Below, one piece after another: positions 59,165-64,000 of a DNA stretch of 64,000 bases. The stretch's first letter is position 1, and each line of letters begins with the position of its first letter. Source of the DNA: an uncultured Phycisphaerae bacterium (GTDB lineage: Bacteria > Planctomycetota > Phycisphaerae > Sedimentisphaerales > Anaerobacaceae); NCBI GenBank assembly GCA_965603165.1, contig CBFDBY010000005.1:11474-75473 (forward strand). The letters run 5' to 3'. A program made the position numbers and the translations under genes. Below the pieces are notes generated by a model. It worked only from the letters and a program-made list of their open reading frames with translations, was not told where the DNA came from and ran no database searches.

Positions 59165-60034
59165 ATGAAGAAGTTTGACATCACGGAAGTCCAGCCGATC
59201 ATTCGCATGGCCATGGAAGAGGATCTCGGCCGCGGGGACATCACAACGGACCTGCTGTTCAAGGATGATGCACGAGCCAGGGCGACGATCGTATCCCGGG
59301 AGGAGATCGTCGTGTCGGGTCTTCCGGTCGTGCAGGAGATTCTCCGGCAATATGATGAGAAACTCAAAATGACGCCTCATTTCCGCGATGGCCAGTCGGC
59401 CCACGTGGGCAATAAGTTGGCCACCATCGAGGGACCTCTGCGGTCCATACTCAGCGTCGAGCGCGTGATGCTGAACTTCCTGCAGAGACTCAGCGGCATC
59501 GCCACGACGACGAGCCGATACGTCCGCGCCATCAAGGGAACGAAAGCCAAGATCTACGATACGCGCAAGACGCTGCCCGGCTGGCGGCTCCTGGAGAAAT
59601 ATGCCGTCCGCTGCGGCGGAGGATACAACCACCGGCTCGGTCTCTACGACGGGATCCTGATCAAGGATAACCACCTTGTGGAGTTGGGCAGGAACTTTCC
59701 CGCGAAACTGCGCCGAATCATCGAGGAGGCCAGAACCATCCGCGGCCTCAAGTTCGTGGCAGTCGAAGTGGACCATGTGGATCACCAATTGAATCACGTC
59801 CTGAAGATCCCCGGCATCGACATCGTTCTGCTGGACAACATGGGGCAGTGGCAACTCAAGCACGCCGTCGAGATGCGCGATGAGATGTGCAAGGAGGGCA
59901 AGCCGCTGCTGGAGGCCTCCGGCAACATCAACCTGAACAACGTCGCGGAGATCGCCCAGTGCGGCGTCGATCGCATCGCCGTTGGCGCCATCACCCATTC
60001 GGCGGACGCCGCGGACATCGGCCTCGACAGATAG
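59165..60034 (+). CDS. nadC: Nicotinate-nucleotide diphosphorylase (carboxylating)
   Basis: QPRTase pattern (DTRKTLPGWR, GGGYNHRLGLYDGILIKDNH, LDNM). The track start at 59150 is a TTG, and the first ATG is 59165. Confidence 0.9.
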   Translation: MKKFDITEVQPIIRMAMEEDLGRGDITTDLLFKDDARARATIVSREEIVVSGLPVVQEILRQYDEKLKMTPHFRDGQSAHVGNKLATIEGPLRSILSVERVMLNFLQRLSGIATTTSRYVRAIKGTKAKIYDTRKTLPGWRLLEKYAVRCGGGYNHRLGLYDGILIKDNHLVELGRNFPAKLRRIIEEARTIRGLKFVAVEVDHVDHQLNHVLKIPGIDIVLLDNMGQWQLKHAVEMRDEMCKEGKPLLEASGNINLNNVAEIAQCGVDRIAVGAITHSADAADIGLDR

Positions 60035-60040
60035 CACGAT

Positions 60041-60108
60041 CGTATCTCGCATCTCGAACGATGGCACAGACATGGGCGGACGCGAGATACGAGATGGCAG
60101 ATACGAGA
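60041..60108. repeat. Inverted repeat CGTATCTCGC / GCGAGATACG plus direct repeat AGATACGAGA x2 in the nadC-birA spacer
   Basis: IR arms at 60041-60050 and 60082-60091. Direct repeats at 60085-60094 and 60099-60108. Confidence 0.6.
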
Positions 60109-60115
60109 CACGCGC

Positions 60116-60967
60116 ATGACCATTGACGACCGGCTCGACCCGGACCTTATCCGGGCCAATCTGAGAACCAGGCGGATCGCCAAGAAGGTGCTCGTCTACG
60201 ACCGCACGTCGAGCACGAGCGACGTCGCCGCCGAGTACGCTCGCAATCCGGACAACGCCGGGCTCGTCGTCTTCGCGGAGGAACAGACCGCCGGACGCGG
60301 ACGCACCGGAGCAAAATGGTATGGCGACCGCGGAGACAGCCTGCTGTTTTCCGTCGTGCTGACCGGCTACACCATCGGCGGCGAGCTGCTCTCGCTGGCC
60401 TGCGCCGTAGCTGTGGCGGAGGCCATTGGCCAAGTGGGCAGCCACCAAGCCCGAATCAAGTGGCCGAACGACATCATCCTCGACGGCCGGAAGGTCGCCG
60501 GCATCCTGCTCGAATCCAAAGTCCCGAGGATTGTGGGGCGTGCGGCCTCGCACGGCAACCCAGGGCGAGCGGGGACGCTCGCCCTACCAGCCTCCGGCAT
60601 CCACATCATCGGGATCGGCATCAACTGCCATCAAACGCAGGGCAGCTTCCCGGCGGATTTGCAGGCAACTGCCACCAGTCTCGACTTGGCAAGCGGCGCC
60701 CGATGCCGGCGTATCACGGTCGCCAAGCGGGTGCTCACCTCGCTCGACCACTGGCTCCGCCTGGCCGAACGGAGCAGAGAGCAGATCATCAAGACCTGGA
60801 GCCACCTGAGCACTCAGTTGGGCCAGCGGATCACTCTGTCCTACAACGGCAAGCGGTTCACCGGCAACTGCATCGGCGTAGACCCCGAGAACGGCCTGAC
60901 CCTCCAGCTCGACCGCGGCGGCGTCCGAATGTTCCACGCCGCCCAGACCTCCGTCGTCAAAACCTGA
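60116..60967 (+). CDS. birA: Biotin-[acetyl-CoA-carboxylase] ligase (group I, no N-terminal HTH)
   Basis: 283 aa with the QTAGRGRTGAKW motif. Confidence 0.9.
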   Translation: MTIDDRLDPDLIRANLRTRRIAKKVLVYDRTSSTSDVAAEYARNPDNAGLVVFAEEQTAGRGRTGAKWYGDRGDSLLFSVVLTGYTIGGELLSLACAVAVAEAIGQVGSHQARIKWPNDIILDGRKVAGILLESKVPRIVGRAASHGNPGRAGTLALPASGIHIIGIGINCHQTQGSFPADLQATATSLDLASGARCRRITVAKRVLTSLDHWLRLAERSREQIIKTWSHLSTQLGQRITLSYNGKRFTGNCIGVDPENGLTLQLDRGGVRMFHAAQTSVVKT

Positions 60968-60976
60968 CCAAGCCAC

Positions 60977-61134
60977 CGAAAACGAAAACCCGAAGCACGA
61001 AACACGAAATCCGAAACAAACCCAAAATACAAAGTTCAAATGACGGAAATGCTGTCGCGACCCGACGGTCCCGTTTTGGATTTCGGGATTCGGCCATTCG
61101 TCCTTGCTTCGGGTTTTGAGATTAGGATTTCGAG
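60977..61134. repeat. Long imperfect inverted repeat: a CGAAA-periodic left arm and a complementary GGATTTCG/TGCTTCGGG right arm
   Basis: CCCGAAGCA (60989-60997) pairs with TGCTTCGGG (61105-61113). CGAAATCC in the left arm pairs with GGATTTCG (61078-61085). The left arm shows roughly 7-nt CGAAA periodicity. Confidence 0.6.
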
Positions 61135-61257
61135 CGCCGCGGCCTTTCTCTTGTGCCGGCACGACCGAAGTCGTTATAATAGACGGCAGGATGCCGGTTC
61201 TTCCGAATGGCAACTGCACAACGTGAGCAAGGCCGCAAGATGCGGAGGAGCGTGGAG

Positions 61258-63060
61258 ATGAATGGCCGAAGAGTCGTTCTGCTGACTATAGGGGCGGTGA
61301 TTCTGGCGGCTTCGCCAGCGGTGGGATGGCGCAGCAGCTTGTATCCTGAGGACTGGAAGCCCGGCTACAAGGATCACTGGGGCCGATTCCTCCACGACTT
61401 CTCCTATGCCGGCTATCATTGCGGCCAGGCGCCCATCCCGGCCGACCCACCGGGCGAGACGGTCGACGTCACGCAGGCCCCCTACTACGCCGACAACACC
61501 GGCGCTGCCGACGCCACGAGCGCCATCCAGGCGGCAATCAACGACATCAGCACCATCGGCGGCGGTGTGGTCTATCTGCCCGCCGGGACGTACCGCATCC
61601 GGCCTCCAGATGGATCGGATTGCGCGCTCCGCATCCAGCGCAGCGGCGTCGTGCTGCGGGGAGCCGGACCCGGCCGAACCTTCCTTTTCAACGACGAGAC
61701 GTACATGCGCGGCAAGTCCGTCATTCTCGTGGAGGCCGAATCCGGCGGATGGCACACGCCTCTATCCGGCACGACTGTCGAAATCACCGAAGACGTCGCC
61801 CACCCCACCCACGGCATTCCCGTGGCCGAAACCCTCGAAGAAGGCAACTGGCGAGTACCGGAACTTCGATTCAATGTGGGTGATTGGGTCGTGTTGCGGA
61901 GCGACTGCACGGAGGATTTCATCGCCGAGCATGGCATGACCGGCCGATGGACTTCGAGTCTCCGGGGCATCACGTTCTATCGGCAGGTCACGGCAGTCGA
62001 CACAGCACTCAATACCATTACCGTGGACATCCCGACCCGGTACGCTCTCAAGACACGCGACGCCGCCCGCGTCTACAAAGTGGCGCCGCATATCCAGGAG
62101 GTCGGGATCGAGCATCTATCCATCGGGATGCAAGAGAACCCGACGCCGGGTCTGGGAGACAATGACTATGATACCAGCGGCACCGCGGCGTATGAGGTCC
62201 ACGGCTCGCACGTCATCGAGTTCGATCACGTCACCAACGGCTGGATCCAGAATGTCGAGACGTATCGCCCACGGACCAACGTCCACGATTATCATACCCT
62301 CTCCAACATCATCCTGCTGAGCCAGTCCCGCAACATCACGGTGCGCAACTGCGTCGTGGCACGGCCGCAGTATGAAGGCGGCGGAGGCAACGGCTACGGG
62401 TACACGCTCCGAGGCAGTGACTGCCTCCTCATCGACTGCACCGCCTACCACACCCGGCACAACTACGATTTCAAGAGCATGTGGACCAGCGGCAACGTGA
62501 TCTTCCGGTGCCGGGCGGTCGACGGCCGCCTGGCCAGCGACTTCCACATGCACCTGAGCCCGGCGAACCTCTTCGACAGCATGTACGTGGACGGCGACTT
62601 GCTGGAGGCCACGTACCGCCCATACGGCACGGTCCTGCACGGGCACTCGACCACCGAATCGGTCTTCTGGAATACCCACGGCACATATCGCTGCGGCAGC
62701 AAACTGATCGTCTCGCGCCAGTGGAAATGGGGCTACGTGATCGGGACCAGCGGTTCGGTCTCCCGCGTCGTGCTCGGCACCCCGAACAATACCGCCCCGG
62801 AGGATTTCCTCGAAGGGCAGGGGCGAGGCGACATGCTCGAGCCGCAGTCGTTATACCTCGACCAACTCTACCGCCGGCGTGGGAAGGACCTCGACTTCAG
62901 CGGCCGGATCGACGCCCGCGATCTCGCCCTGCTCGCCCGCTACTGGAGGGCCGATTGCCCCACCCCCGATGCCTGCCGAGGATATGATTTCGATACCAGC
63001 GGCAAGATCGATCCCGCCGACCTCGCCGAATTCGCCGACGACTGGCTAAGCCGACAGTAG
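61258..63060 (+). CDS. Secreted right-handed beta-helix protein (pectate lyase superfamily) with a C-terminal dockerin-like double Ca-binding repeat
   Basis: ATG 61258 (GGAGGA upstream) gives the signal MNGRRVVLLTIGAVILAASPAVG. ADATSAIQAAINDI...GVVYLPAGTYRI motif. The C-terminus carries DLDFSGRIDARDL and DFDTSGKIDPADL. Confidence 0.8.
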   Translation: MNGRRVVLLTIGAVILAASPAVGWRSSLYPEDWKPGYKDHWGRFLHDFSYAGYHCGQAPIPADPPGETVDVTQAPYYADNTGAADATSAIQAAINDISTIGGGVVYLPAGTYRIRPPDGSDCALRIQRSGVVLRGAGPGRTFLFNDETYMRGKSVILVEAESGGWHTPLSGTTVEITEDVAHPTHGIPVAETLEEGNWRVPELRFNVGDWVVLRSDCTEDFIAEHGMTGRWTSSLRGITFYRQVTAVDTALNTITVDIPTRYALKTRDAARVYKVAPHIQEVGIEHLSIGMQENPTPGLGDNDYDTSGTAAYEVHGSHVIEFDHVTNGWIQNVETYRPRTNVHDYHTLSNIILLSQSRNITVRNCVVARPQYEGGGGNGYGYTLRGSDCLLIDCTAYHTRHNYDFKSMWTSGNVIFRCRAVDGRLASDFHMHLSPANLFDSMYVDGDLLEATYRPYGTVLHGHSTTESVFWNTHGTYRCGSKLIVSRQWKWGYVIGTSGSVSRVVLGTPNNTAPEDFLEGQGRGDMLEPQSLYLDQLYRRRGKDLDFSGRIDARDLALLARYWRADCPTPDACRGYDFDTSGKIDPADLAEFADDWLSRQ

Positions 63061-63148
63061 CCCCGATAGTGCAACCATTCAGCGCTGAGGGATTTACCGC
63101 CCGCTTTTTCGGGTGCGACTATGTCTTGTGGCAGGACGGATCTCGTCT

Positions 63149-63249
63149 GTCACCCCGAGCGCAGTCGAGGGGTCTGGCCAAGAAGGAGAAGCGCGCCTCG
63201 TCCGCAGGCAGATGTCTCGACTACGCTTCGCTCCGCTCGACAAGACAGG
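63149..63249. repeat. REP-like intergenic element (GTCACCCCGAGCGCAGTCGAGGGGTC ... CTCGACTACGCTTCGCTCCGCTCGACAAGACAGG)
   Basis: GCGCAGTCGAG (63159-63169) is complementary in 10 of 11 positions to CTCGACTACGC (63216-63226). It resembles widespread GC-rich intergenic palindromic units. Confidence 0.45.
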
Positions 63250-63428
63250 AGAAGAGGGTGCTTCGCTTGACACAACCAATAGCAAAAGGCCCGCCAGGAT
63301 ATTCGGCCACGCACACTTCTTAGGGGGATCTTACCGCGCCATTCTGCGATTTGCTTTCTCCTATTCGTCTATCGCAGCGCTTTGTGCTCCGTCGTTCGCC
63401 CAAATCATCAATAATCAATCATCCATCA

Positions 63429-64000
63429 TCAATTCAGAGCTTCCCACCACAGTCTCGGATAGTCCTGTCCGTCGTCAATCCACCAGACGTCTTCGGTGCC
63501 GTTGTCGGTCTCGCCGACGAAGTCCCAGCCGACGTCCATGAACGTGGCGGGGTTCTGCATCTCAGCAGTGGTTTTGCTCTCTCCGCCGTCACTCGTGGCC
63601 TGCCTGGTGGTTTCAACATCCCAAAAGGATGAGCTAATACTGCCGCTATTCTCCCAGTAGTCGTAACCGACCAAACCGCCAGCAGGCGCTCCGCCCGTAA
63701 CAAGGCCGGTCGCGTAGCAATCTGCGATGATAGCGTACGAAATCCATCCTACAAGCCCGCCTACCTCCTTGCTGCCCGACACACTGCCGGATGCATAGCA
63801 ATCGCGGACTATTGTATCGCGGGTGCTGCTTCCCAGCAGTCCGCCCACTCGGGAACCCCCGCTAACGTTACCTGTCGCGTAGGATTCTGCGACAATACCA
63901 TCGAGGCTATTTCCCCCCACCAGGCCCCCGACTGTGCCGCCGCCGGTTACGGTGCCGGTCGCATAACATGCCACAACAATACCATGGCCGCTTCTTCCCA
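63429..64000 (-). CDS. GLUG motif repeat protein, C-terminal part (N-terminus lies beyond the right window edge)
   Basis: Repeats of the type VGGLVG...I..CYATG.V.G. The frame stays open upstream of the track's GTG 63974 through nt 64000 (...GRSGHGIVVACYATG). Confidence 0.8.
   Translation of the reverse strand, partial: GRSGHGIVVACYATGTVTGGGTVGGLVGGNSLDGIVAESYATGNVSGGSRVGGLLGSSTRDTIVRDCYASGSVSGSKEVGGLVGWISYAIIADCYATGLVTGGAPAGGLVGYDYWENSGSISSSFWDVETTRQATSDGGESKTTAEMQNPATFMDVGWDFVGETDNGTEDVWWIDDGQDYPRLWWEALN

Noticed and set aside
60085-60108. BirA auto-operator (bioO-like) interpretation of the AGATACGAGA repeats
   Set aside because: The encoded BirA is a short group I enzyme without the N-terminal winged-helix DNA-binding domain. 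Autoregulation by DNA binding is therefore unlikely.
61040-61261. 73-aa plus-strand ORF
   Set aside because: It lies entirely within the inverted-repeat element and the leader of the beta-helix gene. Its sequence is repeat-derived.

Overview
High-GC (roughly 60-65% by eye) bacterial chromosomal window. About 55 protein genes and 2 tRNAs. I found no rRNA, CRISPR array, transposase or integrase. The gene content suggests a Planctomycetota (Phycisphaerae-like) genome, which is an inference: many secreted glycoside hydrolases and beta-helix proteins carrying PA14, dockerin-like and GLUG modules, plus a TIGR04137-like small basic protein. Most of the window is housekeeping: rpmF-plsX-fabHDG-acpP-fabF, priA, uvrB, nadC, birA, pruA, lhgO, dacB, tatA and a floA/nfeD operon. 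It also holds a glycan-degradation cluster (fucosidase-like protein, beta-helix protein, GH97, GH16). Many long ORFs in the track are antisense artefacts of the high GC. One real gene (1-1086, minus strand) is missing from the track, and several track starts are over-extended. Items worth a second look: (1) a self-contained non-canonical Hsp70 module at 1605-6090, made of a membrane-anchored GrpE-like protein, a lid-less Hsp70, and a TerB-like protein ending in an HPD-less J-like domain; (2) a lone MORC/GHKL-type ATPase in a low-GC islet at 30.0-32.1 kb; (3) a ~550-nt ORF-poor, hairpin-dense region at 35.5-36.0 kb bounded by promoter-like and terminator-like signals, a candidate ncRNA; (4) a divergent regulatory region with a perfect 9-bp tandem repeat between a sensor-less histidine kinase operon and a small ORF plus response regulator; (5) a 26-codon ultra-basic micro-ORF; (6) a dispersed GGATTTCG/TGCTTCGG/CGAAA-periodic intergenic repeat family. 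All functional calls rest on motif recognition by eye. No database search was run.
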